DNA of 64,000 bases from Rhizaria sp. SCN 62-66 (lineage: Eukaryota): NCBI GenBank assembly GCA_001724265.1, contig MEDY01000233.1:1-64000 (forward strand), read 5' to 3'. Shown one piece after another: positions 25,782 to 36,469 of this stretch. A model generated the notes under the pieces. That model searched no databases. It worked only from the letters and a program-made list of their open reading frames with translations, and was not told the origin of the DNA. Each line of letters opens with the position of its first letter. Positions within the stretch are counted from its first letter, which is position 1. The position numbers were made by a program, and so were the translations under genes.

Positions 25782-26672
25782 GCGAGCGAGCGAGTGATGA
25801 AGTGGCTCCGACTGCGGCTCCGACTGTGCTTGAGCGTGACTGCGTGTGCTTGCGTGACGGTGACAGTGCGTCCGTCAGAGACTCGGCGAGTGACTGCACG
25901 CTGAACTCCAATAGTTTTTGGAGTCGTTAAGGATTTAGCAATTTATTTTGCGATATATTGATTCATACAAAGCAATCGTTGATCGTCAAATCTTCGGATA
26001 TCGACTTTGATCATGACCAACGTGATACTTACTAGCTTGATTAGTCCCCCGAAGCAGTTCAAATACAACAGAAATGGATATCGATTAAGGTAACATGATA
26101 TTACAGGGAATTGTTTTGATGTTGTTTGTTTGTATCAAGGCATTTGTATTTGTTACTACGTAGTCGTCGTACGAAGCTTGGCTTGGGCGCGGCTCGGTCC
26201 GCCGCCGGCGCGAGGCGCAGGGGAGCAGTGTGTTGCAGCTCGTGGTTAACCAAGCTCGCAAGCACATGCAAAACAGCCCTACGCACATCACTCCCACCCG
26301 TGGTATCCCGGGGAAAAAACACGCCGACGCGGCGACTCTCATCTCACATAAGGCGGGCAGGCAGCGCGCACGCATCCGCAGGCTTTAACAGTGAACTTGA
26401 GGTTGCGGCGGTGGCGAACCGCCTACAGCCGAATAGCTACACACAAGGTGTACGGCTGTGGGAACAAGACTGGGGGAGCACGCGGGCGCATACACATAGG
26501 TGGTAAGGCTACGTTTGCTGCATGGCAAGGAGAAGAGAGAGAGGCTTTGTCGGAGTGTCCGGGGGGAAGGGAGGAAACATCGGCGTCTTGCGCTCAGCAG
26601 GCGCTGAGCGGGACGCAGACGTTCACGTCGACGGCAGGCAAGACGCTGGGTTGTGCTGCGAAGGCAGACAAC

Positions 26673-27212
26673 TTAGATGCCGAGCTTGGTGCGGCGCCAG
26701 TGGCGGCGCTTGGAGTTGTAGCGGACGGTGTTGCCGGTGCGGAGGCGGATCCACTGGGGAAGCTGTGGTTAAGCGCAGGCGAAAGGGATGAGCAAGAGAA
26801 AGAGACAAAGAATGTTGGTACGCAAAAGAAAGAGCATGGGTGTCGGACAGGAGAGAGCACAGCGAAAGGGCGCAAACGTACGGGGCGGTTCTGCTTGTCC
26901 TTCTTGCCAAGGAGCTTCTTGACAGCGAGAGACTTGTTCGAGGGCTGCGCGGGGGAAGAAAGGGTGGGAGGCGCAAGAGAAGAAAGTGTCAGATGTGAGT
27001 TAAGTGCTGCGGCAAAGATGCGGGCAGGAAACAACGCGCAGGAGGCGGGCGGCAAGGGCGGGTCGACCCCAGCCTCGGGGCGGTCGGGAACGCCCAGTGT
27101 GGGGTGTGCCGGGGTCTTAATGCGGGCTGCTGGCAGCGAAGAAAAGCGTGACAGAACGCGGGATATTCCAAATGAAGACTAATATGGGCGTGAAAATTCG
27201 TAAACGTACCAT
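26673..27212 (-). CDS. RPL39: 60S ribosomal protein L39 (51 aa). Exons 27212-27210 (ATG only), 26944-26882, 26762-26673.
   Basis: Spliced product [51 protein letters not shown] has the canonical eL39 length and [14 protein letters not shown] motif. Both donors GTACGT; TAA stop. Not recovered as such in the ORF track. Confidence 0.96.
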
Positions 27213-27754
27213 GCTTGATAAAAACACGACTAAAGAATCGACAAAAGGCCTCTTCTTCAGCGGCTGTCTCTTGACTGGCCGCGGTCGGAGGCCGCAGTCG
27301 CAAAACTGGGTCCTAATTTGAGCACCGCCAATTCGGGCCCCAATTTGACTGACCGTGCGATGATTGTGCTCACGGTCAACTGCAGCTCCAGCCAGTCGCC
27401 AACCGTTAGGAGATACCTTTCAGGCATTCGTGTTAGCTAAACGCTTCTGTATAAAATCTAATTTTGTAAAAATATATGTTGTTGTGATTCTCATATTGGC
27501 ATTGTATTTTTACGCCTAAACAATGATTGGGCCAGGTTGCTCCCAGTGTGAGAGACGGTTTGCTGAGTCCGAGTTACGAGCGCGCCCTTTTCGCACAAAC
27601 GCCATATCTAGCCCCCCATACCATCACCTAGTGAACATCAAATTGATTTATATCTCGTTTACATATCTTTTATCCCTGTTATCCGGGCTACACCCTGCCT
27701 CTGCTCTTTCTTCTTACCTGGCACAGCGTTCCCGCGCCCCCCTCTGGCTGCCCG

Positions 27755-30700
27755 ATGCCCCGCTTCGAGGCCCCCAGCAGCAGCGACGACGACGACGATG
27801 CCCTCCTCTTCCCGTCCGTCGCCGCGAACGCCCTGAGGCGTGCGCCCGCTAAGCTCGCGCCCATTGCCGCGCCCGCATCCACCTCGCGCCCTAAGCGCCG
27901 CCTCCGGTCCTCGCTCGCCGCCGCCACCGCCGCTGCCGCAGACGACGACGAGGACGATTACAACGGCTATGGTAACAGCGCCGCGAACGCCATCAGCCGA
28001 GCGCCCCTCGCCTCGCCGTACCGCGCCAGCAGCAGCAGCAGCATTGGTGGCGGCATGGGCGACAGCAGCGACCTCGACAACCACAACAGCAGCAACTACC
28101 CCCTCACGGTCACTGACGCTGGGGTCGACGCTGCTGAGGCCGAGGCCGAGGCCGTGACGGCCGCCGCCGAGGCCGCGACGCACGCGAGCGTCCGCGCGGC
28201 CGTGGCGACGGCACTGGCTTACGCGCAGCCCGTGCGGCCCCCGCCCCGCGGCGCAGGCTTCTCGCGCTTCTCCTCCTCCTCCTCCTCTTCCTCCTCGTAC
28301 AGCGAGAGTAGTAGAGTCGCAGGCGCAGTGCCCGCGCCCGTCTTCGTGCCCTCCGCGTCGGCTGCGGCCGCTGCCAGCGGCGCCGTTGCCGCCGCGGGCG
28401 CCCCGCGGGCCGCGCTGGCCGAGACGATGCGCTTCTCGTTCCGGCCCTGCTTCGGCCCCGCGGGCCTCCTCGTCACCCCGGTCCCCCTGCACAGCGCTCA
28501 CGGTGGCGCTCAGGGCGAGAGTGCGAATACGAACACGAGCAGCAACGCGCGCGTGGCGACGGGCATCGCCGTCGACTCCGTGGACCCCTTCGCCTACTTA
28601 GACGCCGGCAACAAGCCCTTACAGCACCTACAGCCCGCGCGCGCGCCCCTGACGCTGGCTCTCACTGCCACCTCCTCTTCCTCCTCGTCGTCCTCGGTCT
28701 CAGCGAACGCTGCGGCTGCGACAGCGAAGGCCAAGGAGGAAGCCCGCGAACAGTACGCCGACCTCGTCACGCGTCTGCTCACGGTCACCGCCTCGCTCCA
28801 CGACAGCGACTGCAACAACAACGACAACAGCACCAGTAGCAGCAGCACCAGTAGTAGTAGTAGTAGCAGTGCTGTAGCCGATTGCACCAGCGCCAAGTCG
28901 TTTGCGCAGGCCGCTAGCGCGCTGTTCGTGGCGCTGGCGCCGACCTTCGCGGCCGAGGAGCGCCGCGTGCACAGTGTCGGTGCCAGTCTAAGTACCCAAT
29001 TGGACGCCTCGTCGCAGGCGCTGCTGCCGAGCGAGCGCTACTCTCTGCCTTTGGCGCTGCAAAACGTGCTCGTGCTCATCCGTCTCCTCCTCCTCAACAA
29101 CAAGAGCAACAAGAACTCTGACGCTGACGCTGATGAGGCGGCTGCTGCCGAGGGGGAGGCGGAGGCCGCTGCTCAGGCCCTGGCGGCTCGCCGCGCGCTG
29201 ACGCAGTACTTGCGCCTCTCGTTGGCGGGCTACGCGCAGCACCAGCTGCTCTCTCTCCTCGCGCTCGTCTCCGGCACCGCCAACGCCAACGCCGGTACCG
29301 GTGCCGGTGCGGGCAGTGCTGTGGGCGGCGGCCTGACTTCTGCCTCCGCCTCCGAGGGCGGCTTAACTTTACCCCCCCTGTCCATCCTCGTCCCCGCGCT
29401 CGCCTCTGCCCTCAACAGCAATAACGGCAGCGCCAGTGGCGGCAGCGCGGCCTCGGTCGCCGCCGCCACCGTGTCGGCCGTCTCGCGCGCGATGGCCCTC
29501 TCGCCCTACCTGCCGCTGCTGGCGCCGCGCCTTGCCCTGCTCTCCTCCATGTCCACCGCCACCGCCAGTGCCAGTGCCACCGCCAAGGCCCGCGCGGAGA
29601 CGCGCGACTCGGCGCTGTCGCTGGCCGTCTGCGCACTGCGCGGCGCGCTGCAGCTGCCCGCGGCTGCGGACCTGGCCGCGCTGGCGGGGGCCCCGCGGCT
29701 GGCGCTGCTGCTGCTGGCGCCGCCCGGGGCCCCCGCGCTGCGCGGCCAGCTCGCCGACTGGCGCCACAGCGGCTGGGCCGACGCCGGCGACCCCGCACGC
29801 GCGCCGCTGTATGCACAACTCGCGGGACAGGGGCCCGTCACCGCCGCGCTCGCCGCGCTCGACAACTCCGCGCACCCGCGCCCGCAGTCTAACTCGCGGC
29901 CTCATAGTGAGGGGCCGGGGACAGCGCTGGCCGCCGTGAGCGCCGCTGGCAAGAGCAAGAGCGCCGCCGCTGCGGCTGCGGCCGTGGCTGCGGCGGTGGA
30001 CGCCTGTCTTAGCAGCAGCAGCAGCAGCAGCAGCAGCGGCGGCGGCAGCGGCGGCGGCGGCGGCGCGCTGGGCGCTGCCGAACGAGGCCTCGCCAGGGCC
30101 CACCACATTGCCCTCATCACCGACGACGACAGCAAGAACAACAACAACAGCAGCAGTGCGAGCGCGAGTGGCAGTGGCAGTGGCGTGTTGGGCATCGACT
30201 TGCGGCAGCACCCGCGCTCGCTGTCGTGGCAGCACGCGCTCGCCGCCCTCCTGCTCACGGCCACACCCTCCCCGGACGGTGGTAACAGCAACAACAAGGC
30301 GGCTGAGGGCGGCAAGGCGCACGGAGACGCCGCAACTTCGCTGCCGGCGCTGCTGAGCAGGTACCTGGACCTGGCCGCCGCGGGCGCCGCCGCGGCCCCC
30401 GCGCCCGCGTGGCGCCGCGAGTTCCCCGCGTGTTCTCTCCCCCTCATCAACACCCACGGCCGCTCTCACAGCGGCAGCGGCAGTGGCAGCGGCAGTGACG
30501 GCGAGGGTGCGGATGACGGCTCGAGCGCCGTGGCTGCGGTGGACGCGTCCTTCGCGCTGCTCTGCGTCTCCGCCCGCCTCCAGTCGCCCCCCGCCCCCGC
30601 CTCCGCCGCTGCGTCCGCCGCTGACGCCGCCGCCAATGCCGACTCACTGGCGCTTCCGTCGCTGCAGTGGGCCGCGGCGGCCGCGCTCGCGCCCGCGGCG

Positions 30701-32893
30701 CTGGTTCCGTCGCCGCTGCTGGCCACGCCCTCGTTCGCGCTCGCCTGCCTCCTCGCGCGCGCGCCGGAGCCCGCGCTGGCGGCGGCTGCGCGCGCCGCGG
30801 TCCCCGCGCTGGCCGCCGCGGCCACCGCCGACCTGGAGAGGGCCGGGCTGTGGCGTTGGGCCGTGCTCGTGCTCCGCAAACTCGCACACGGCACCTGTGG
30901 TACCCGTGCTGCTCACGGTCAGCAGATGATCGCGCACGGCGCCAGCCAGGGTAGCGGCAGCAGCAGCAGCAGCAGCAGCGAGGAGGCGGCGGCGGGCATC
31001 GTCGCGCGCCACCTGCCCTTGCTGCCCCTGCAGTCTCGGAGTGAGTCCGCCTCTCAGTCTGACTGCCGCGTGGCCGACTTTTTCGGTCCCGCGCTGCGCC
31101 CCCTTGTCCCCGCCCTCGTGCCCAACGGCAGCAGCGCCGACGGCGACTGCGACGACTGCGACGAGGAGACGGCCGACGCCGCGGCCGCGGGCGTGAGCTG
31201 CGGTTTTGCCGTTACTCTCGCAACCGTCGACTCCAACGGCAGCACTCACCCTCACAGTGATGACAGCTCTCGCTCTCGCGCCCGTGCAAGTGCGAGTACT
31301 AGCGATGGCGTTGCCGTCGGGGCTACTGCGGCACACAGCGGTGACTGTGGGCTGGTGACCGTGGGCGGCCGCGCCATGCCCCGCGGCGACGCCTTCCTGA
31401 TCGAGCAGTGCGGCCTAACTTCCGCTGAGCTCGACCTCGCGCGCGCGCGCAAGCTTCTCGCCGCCACCAAGAGCTCCTCCAGCGGCAGCAACACGATTGG
31501 TCTCGCGCTGCTGCACCTGCTGCAGGCTGCCGAAGTCAACGGTACCAACGCTTCTTCCGACGATGCTGGCTGTGACGGCGATGACTCCGACGCAGATGCC
31601 GACTCTGACGGCGTCGCGCGCGTCCCGCGCGCCGTCGCCGCCCGCGCCGAGGCGGGCGAGCGGGCGCTGCGGCTGTGGGCAGAGCGCGTGGCGCCCGCCT
31701 GGGTCCTCCGCGCCTGCGCCGCCGCCCCCGGCGCGCTCGCGAACAGCCTTGGCAGCAGCAACAGCAGCAGCAACAGCAGCAGCAGCGTTAACTGCGCGAG
31801 CGTGAACGCGAGTGCGAGCGCGGCGAGCGTGGTTGGCGCGGTGAGCATTGCGAGCTACGATGCTGACGCCACCGCCGCGGCCGCCGCCGCCTCCGCCGCC
31901 GCTGCCGCCGCGGCCGCGGCCTCCGAGCGCCTGCTGGCGCTTACGCTCACGCTGCCACAGCTGCAGCGGCCCCTCGCCCTCGCCCTCAACGCCCCCGCCG
32001 CGAGCGGCCGCGCGATGTGCGACAGCTCCAGCTCTGCCCGCGCGCGCGACACCCGCGGCTACGCTCACAGTGCGCGTGGCCGCGACGGCGCCGAGCCGTG
32101 GCGGCAATGGGCCGCGCTGGTGGCGCGGCTCTTCGCCGTGCGCGCCGACCTGGCCCGCTGGCTGCGCCTGCTCACCCTCCTCGGTGCCGAGTCCGCTCCG
32201 ACCGTGGGCGCGACAGCGAGCGCGGCCGCTGTCGCGCTGGGCGGGGCCGACTGGGGCCGGCTCGCGGCCGCCGCGGCGCGCGCGCGCAGCGGGCTGGCGC
32301 TCGAGGACCTGTCGGCCCAGGACGTCGCGCTGCTCGCGGCGCTGCACGCCACTCTCATCTCCGCCGCCGACGGCGACGTCCACGGCGACGTCCACGGTGA
32401 CGCCAGTGACGGCGAGATCCGCGACTACGGGTGGGGCGCGCTGTCGGCCTTCGCGTCCTGGAGCGCCTCCGCCTCCACCGCCGCCTCCTCCACCGCTGCG
32501 GCCGCCTCAGCCTCAGCCTCGGCCTCGGCCTCGGCCTTCGGAGTGCCCCGCGCGGCCTCGGCGGCCGCGGCGACCTCGACGGCGCGGACCGCCCGGACCG
32601 CGCTTCTGCTGGCGGTGCCGCCCGCGGCCGCCGTCGACGCGGGGCCCTGGGCCGTCCCGCGCGCGCTCGCGGCCGCCGCGGCGGGCGCGCTGGCCGACGC
32701 GAGCGCGTTCCTCCTCCCGACCGCCCATAGTAGCGAGGCGGGGGCGGGGGCGCTGGGGCTGCGCGCACGCGTGGCGCTGGGCGCGTTGGTGGAGCAGACC
32801 AAGGAGGTGGTCGTGCGGCTCGCGGGCCTCATGCCCCCTGCTGATGGCGACGAAGGCTACGGCGACGAGGGCTACGGCGACGACAGCTACTAA
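27755..32893 (+). CDS. NUP96: Nucleoporin Nup96-like protein, expanded by low-complexity inserts (1712 aa)
   Basis: Nup96-like blocks in the expected order: SFRPCFGPAGLLV; RLALLLLA...LRGQLADWRHSG; LSWQHALAALL; ADLERAGLWRWAVLVL; AFLIEQCGLTSAELDLARA. Acidic N-terminus; TAA stop. Confidence 0.72.
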   Translation: MPRFEAPSSSDDDDDALLFPSVAANALRRAPAKLAPIAAPASTSRPKRRLRSSLAAATAAAADDDEDDYNGYGNSAANAISRAPLASPYRASSSSSIGGGMGDSSDLDNHNSSNYPLTVTDAGVDAAEAEAEAVTAAAEAATHASVRAAVATALAYAQPVRPPPRGAGFSRFSSSSSSSSSYSESSRVAGAVPAPVFVPSASAAAAASGAVAAAGAPRAALAETMRFSFRPCFGPAGLLVTPVPLHSAHGGAQGESANTNTSSNARVATGIAVDSVDPFAYLDAGNKPLQHLQPARAPLTLALTATSSSSSSSSVSANAAAATAKAKEEAREQYADLVTRLLTVTASLHDSDCNNNDNSTSSSSTSSSSSSSAVADCTSAKSFAQAASALFVALAPTFAAEERRVHSVGASLSTQLDASSQALLPSERYSLPLALQNVLVLIRLLLLNNKSNKNSDADADEAAAAEGEAEAAAQALAARRALTQYLRLSLAGYAQHQLLSLLALVSGTANANAGTGAGAGSAVGGGLTSASASEGGLTLPPLSILVPALASALNSNNGSASGGSAASVAAATVSAVSRAMALSPYLPLLAPRLALLSSMSTATASASATAKARAETRDSALSLAVCALRGALQLPAAADLAALAGAPRLALLLLAPPGAPALRGQLADWRHSGWADAGDPARAPLYAQLAGQGPVTAALAALDNSAHPRPQSNSRPHSEGPGTALAAVSAAGKSKSAAAAAAAVAAAVDACLSSSSSSSSSGGGSGGGGGALGAAERGLARAHHIALITDDDSKNNNNSSSASASGSGSGVLGIDLRQHPRSLSWQHALAALLLTATPSPDGGNSNNKAAEGGKAHGDAATSLPALLSRYLDLAAAGAAAAPAPAWRREFPACSLPLINTHGRSHSGSGSGSGSDGEGADDGSSAVAAVDASFALLCVSARLQSPPAPASAAASAADAAANADSLALPSLQWAAAAALAPAALVPSPLLATPSFALACLLARAPEPALAAAARAAVPALAAAATADLERAGLWRWAVLVLRKLAHGTCGTRAAHGQQMIAHGASQGSGSSSSSSSEEAAAGIVARHLPLLPLQSRSESASQSDCRVADFFGPALRPLVPALVPNGSSADGDCDDCDEETADAAAAGVSCGFAVTLATVDSNGSTHPHSDDSSRSRARASASTSDGVAVGATAAHSGDCGLVTVGGRAMPRGDAFLIEQCGLTSAELDLARARKLLAATKSSSSGSNTIGLALLHLLQAAEVNGTNASSDDAGCDGDDSDADADSDGVARVPRAVAARAEAGERALRLWAERVAPAWVLRACAAAPGALANSLGSSNSSSNSSSSVNCASVNASASAASVVGAVSIASYDADATAAAAAASAAAAAAAAASERLLALTLTLPQLQRPLALALNAPAASGRAMCDSSSSARARDTRGYAHSARGRDGAEPWRQWAALVARLFAVRADLARWLRLLTLLGAESAPTVGATASAAAVALGGADWGRLAAAAARARSGLALEDLSAQDVALLAALHATLISAADGDVHGDVHGDASDGEIRDYGWGALSAFASWSASASTAASSTAAAASASASASASAFGVPRAASAAAATSTARTARTALLLAVPPAAAVDAGPWAVPRALAAAAAGALADASAFLLPTAHSSEAGAGALGLRARVALGALVEQTKEVVVRLAGLMPPADGDEGYGDEGYGDDSY

Positions 32894-33269
32894 GCCGTAG
32901 GAGCCCACCTGCGCAAGGCAGCGCTCACGAATATCGCAGATGCCTGAGCTTAGGCTGTCTTCTTTGCGCTAAATTATCATATTATTATAATAGTCTGTGA
33001 AGTCTCGCCTATATGAAGCACAATTTATATCACGAACAAATCAAATACACAATTTTAAAACTGTTTTATAGAAACTAACGTCTCACAAAGAATACGTCGG
33101 AAGTCACATGTGTGTATGCTGGCAAACCCTCTTCACGCGAGGTCTGTAATGGTAAGCTTAAGACTTAAGTCAGTTCTGTGGCCCTACAATAAAATATATT
33201 TGCTTGCGCACATCAAAAAAATGGTAAACAATTTCCTCTCTCTGGAACAAAGTCGTCACTCAGTCTCAG

Positions 33270-35827
33270 TCACTCGGTCGCTGCCTCAGCGGCCGCGGCA
33301 GCAGAGGGCGCGGGGACGCGCTTGTGGATGTAGGCGGTGGCAAAGCCCCAGGACATGCGACAGCGGAGGGAGCGCACGGTCACGAGTCCAGGCCCCGGCG
33401 TGAGCTCGGTGGTGAAGGTGACCACGATCGCGCCCTCGCGCAGCGCGAGGCACATGCGTCCGATGCGCTCGATCATCTCTGCGCGCGAGAGAGAGTGAGG
33501 GGCAGAGCGGGGGGCATTGACATGATGCGATGAAGGAGAGGGAAAAGAAAAACAAAAGAAAGAGTAAAGCACAATGAGCTGAGTTTCAATATATCACCAA
33601 GAATTTACCATTCACATGCACTCTCGTGCTCTGTTTATGAGTTGCACGGACGAATCGTATACCGCACAAATGCATCCTGCCGTACCGTCGTCGAAGCAGG
33701 TCGAGTGCGCGAAGACCAGGTCCGCGCGCGACCATTGCGTCCAGTCGAAGAAGGAGCCGTGCACTACGGTCAGCTTGCTGCTGCTGCCAGGCCCGGTCTC
33801 AGTCCCGCTCCCGCACTCGTCCGCGCTCGCGCTGCTGCTGCTTCCACTCGCACTCGCGCTCGCGCTCGCAGCCGCGGTCGAAGACAGAGCTTCTAACTCG
33901 GGACCCTCGGCCTCAGCATCCTTGCTGTCGCCGCAGTCGCCGCAGTTGTTCTGGGGCGCGTGCGCGGCAGTGCTGACGGTGCTGACTGTGAGCGGGCACA
34001 GCGTGAAACGGCGGCCGCTGCGGCCACTGAGCACGCCCGCGCCCGCCGCGGCCGCCGCAGCCGCAATGCCGTCGTCGGCCGCAGCAGTGCGAGCGCGAGC
34101 GTCGATGTCGGTGGCGGCGACCATCAACTATAGAGCGAGAAAGAGTCAATACAAGACATTTCAAACAGTTATAAAAACAAAACGATGTCAAATACATCCA
34201 TTTGATTTCACAAAGTCAGTTTCTAATTGATATCCTCGTTGTTGCAAGTCAAGTCGATTCAGTTCAGCAGTTCTCCGTGATGCAGTCCAAGATGTGTGAC
34301 GTTTGCAGTGTGCCGCGTACCTGAGCGGTGGCGACGGCCTCGTGGTGGAGCCCGGTAAGGAGCTCGACGCCGATGAGCTCGGCGAAGTCGTGCAGCAGCG
34401 CCGCCGCCAGCACACCGCGGCCCGAGCCGGAGCCCAGGTCCACGAACACGCCACCCGCGGGCAGCCACGGCTACGGCGCGAACGAAGCGCAAAAATGATT
34501 AGAACAGCAAGATATTTCATATAAATGAGTGACAATAACAGAAATATTAACATAACAATTACAAACAAATTACGACTGTAACATAGTCTTTACTTAGGAC
34601 CTTATGTTAACGTCTATAGCGTCAAATATCGTAAATAAAAACTGTTTTCTTAAATGAGTGTCGTTAAAATAAAAAGCACTGACCTTGATGTCCCAGAGCA
34701 CGCGGGAGAAGGAGGGGAACTCGACCTCGCCGTAGACCAGCCCCTCGTGGCTCATCGCCGCCTTCGCGCGCTCGATCTCGCACTCGATCACCGCGGCGCC
34801 AGCAGCAGGCGCGGCCGTCGCAGCACCGGGCGCGGCCGCCCCAGCAGTGGCAGCTTCAGCAGCACCACCACCAGCGATGTCAGCAGTGTCAGCTCTCGCA
34901 GCAGAGGAGGCGGCCTTGCTCCCCTTTGCGCTGGCGCGCGCGCCGGCGCCGCGGGGGGGCTTGCGCGCGTAGATCTCGTTGCGCTCGGCGAGCGAGAGGT
35001 CCTTGGCGCGCGTCGTGGAGCACTCGGAGAACAAGATCTGCGGAGCGAGCGGGACATGAACAGGAAATTCAAGTTTCTCGTGAATATGTTGCTATTGTTA
35101 CATCTTTTTGCCACTGCACGCATGATGTATGGTCTAGTTCTACAAGAGTAATAACCGTTTTAAATTATATTTCAAGTGTTTAATTGCATGAATCATGACA
35201 AAAAGATTCTGAAAGAGTTAATATAAGCGATATCTTAGCGTTTTACGTACGTCCCAGCACTTGTTCAAGTGGGCGATCATTGTGGCCTCGCAGACCGCCT
35301 CCCAGCGCAGCCAAAGCAGCTCATAGCACTAACTCGCGGCCGCGCAGCTGCTTTCAACGCTTGCAGTCGCAGCGGGGTCCGCAAGAGCGCCCGCGGGCGA
35401 TGTTGTGGCCGTTGCGGCGATAGTCGAGGCAGGGAATGCGACAGCGGCTGCTGCTTCGGCCGCAGTTGCAGGGAGATTGTCGGCCTCTGCGGCAGACAGG
35501 AGCTCTGCAAGGGCCGCGGGGGTCGTCACCACGTCTGTGTTGATGTGTGTGACGAGCAGAAAAAGTTGTAAAGGTGAGGGTTCGATCGAGAAGCGTGAGA
35601 AAGCAAAGGACGTCGAGGACCTTACAGTTGCTGAAGCAGCGAGGAGCAGGAGTTAGCGACGTACGGGAGAGTGCGTTGAAGCGAGCGGTGTCACGGGAGG
35701 CTAGAAAATCGCACAAGAGAGCGAGTGTGGGGCCATAACGCGCAATGGCAGTGACAGCGGCGGTTTCCGCGGAAGCCGAAACAGCCGGCGTCGCGGTTGC
35801 GGGGAGGAGGACCGCGGCGGCGCTCAT
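33270..35827 (-). CDS. DOT1-like class I SAM-dependent methyltransferase (~546 aa, one in-frame TAG at 35331-35329). Exons 35827-35626, 35534-35251, 35037-34684, 34470-34321, 34127-33686, 33478-33270.
   Basis: GLVYGEVEFPSF, motif I VFVDLGSGSGRGV, LIGVELL, HGSFFDW..ADLVFAHSTCFDDEM, LREGAIVVTFT, MSWGFATAYIHKR. Five GT-AG introns with consistent phases; TGA stop. Exons 1-2 are less certain than the catalytic exons. Confidence 0.82.
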
Positions 35828-36469
35828 CGAGAGAAATGGGGTCAACTCAGATCGTCTTAAGTTGAAATAAAGGTATTACAAGTATCGTATACCTAGCTAA
35901 TGTCTTTTACGGCTTATTTTCCGTCAAATGGCAATTTGACACGGCAATCAACCTGTTTTTATCGTCCAGCCACGACTCTCATTGCAACGCCCTCGGGAAG
36001 GACATGCAACGAAGCACTACTTGCTGCATCTGTAATGACTGCCACAATCCGTAGTTAGCGTTGGATCCCGTGCAAGATGGATTTTCGCTTTCTTTTTTTC
36101 TTTATTTTATATAATTTTTCACTCAAAAGCTTTGTTTTCATCTTCAAACACGCGTTTTACGTGAGGACCTTCTTATCCCACCAACCCCACGTGGTCCATT
36201 TTACTATTCATCCGTCGCTGACCATAATAGTCTTTGCATTCTCTTGTGCTTCCACGTTTATTTGATTTTCCTTTGTATATTCTCTCGTTAATCTTTGCTT
36301 TTATACTCACAACATGAAAAAATCACTTGCATTCTGGCCCTGGACAGGCTTCCCCCCTTCAACAGCTCTTTCCCCGTTGCTGCTGTCCGCCTCCCCCGTT
36401 CCCCCACCTCACCGCCTCCCACGCCCCCACAGCCCTGCCCCTTGTGCGCCCCGCTTTTTCTACTACCCA

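Noticed and set aside
1588-32908. Many long antisense or alternate-frame ORFs (e.g. 9388-10764 +, 29369-30469 -, 31848-32900 +, 17153-17860 +)
   Set aside because: These are shadows of GC-rich coding strands: Arg/Gly/Pro-rich or poly-Leu translations without motifs, overlapping better-supported genes.
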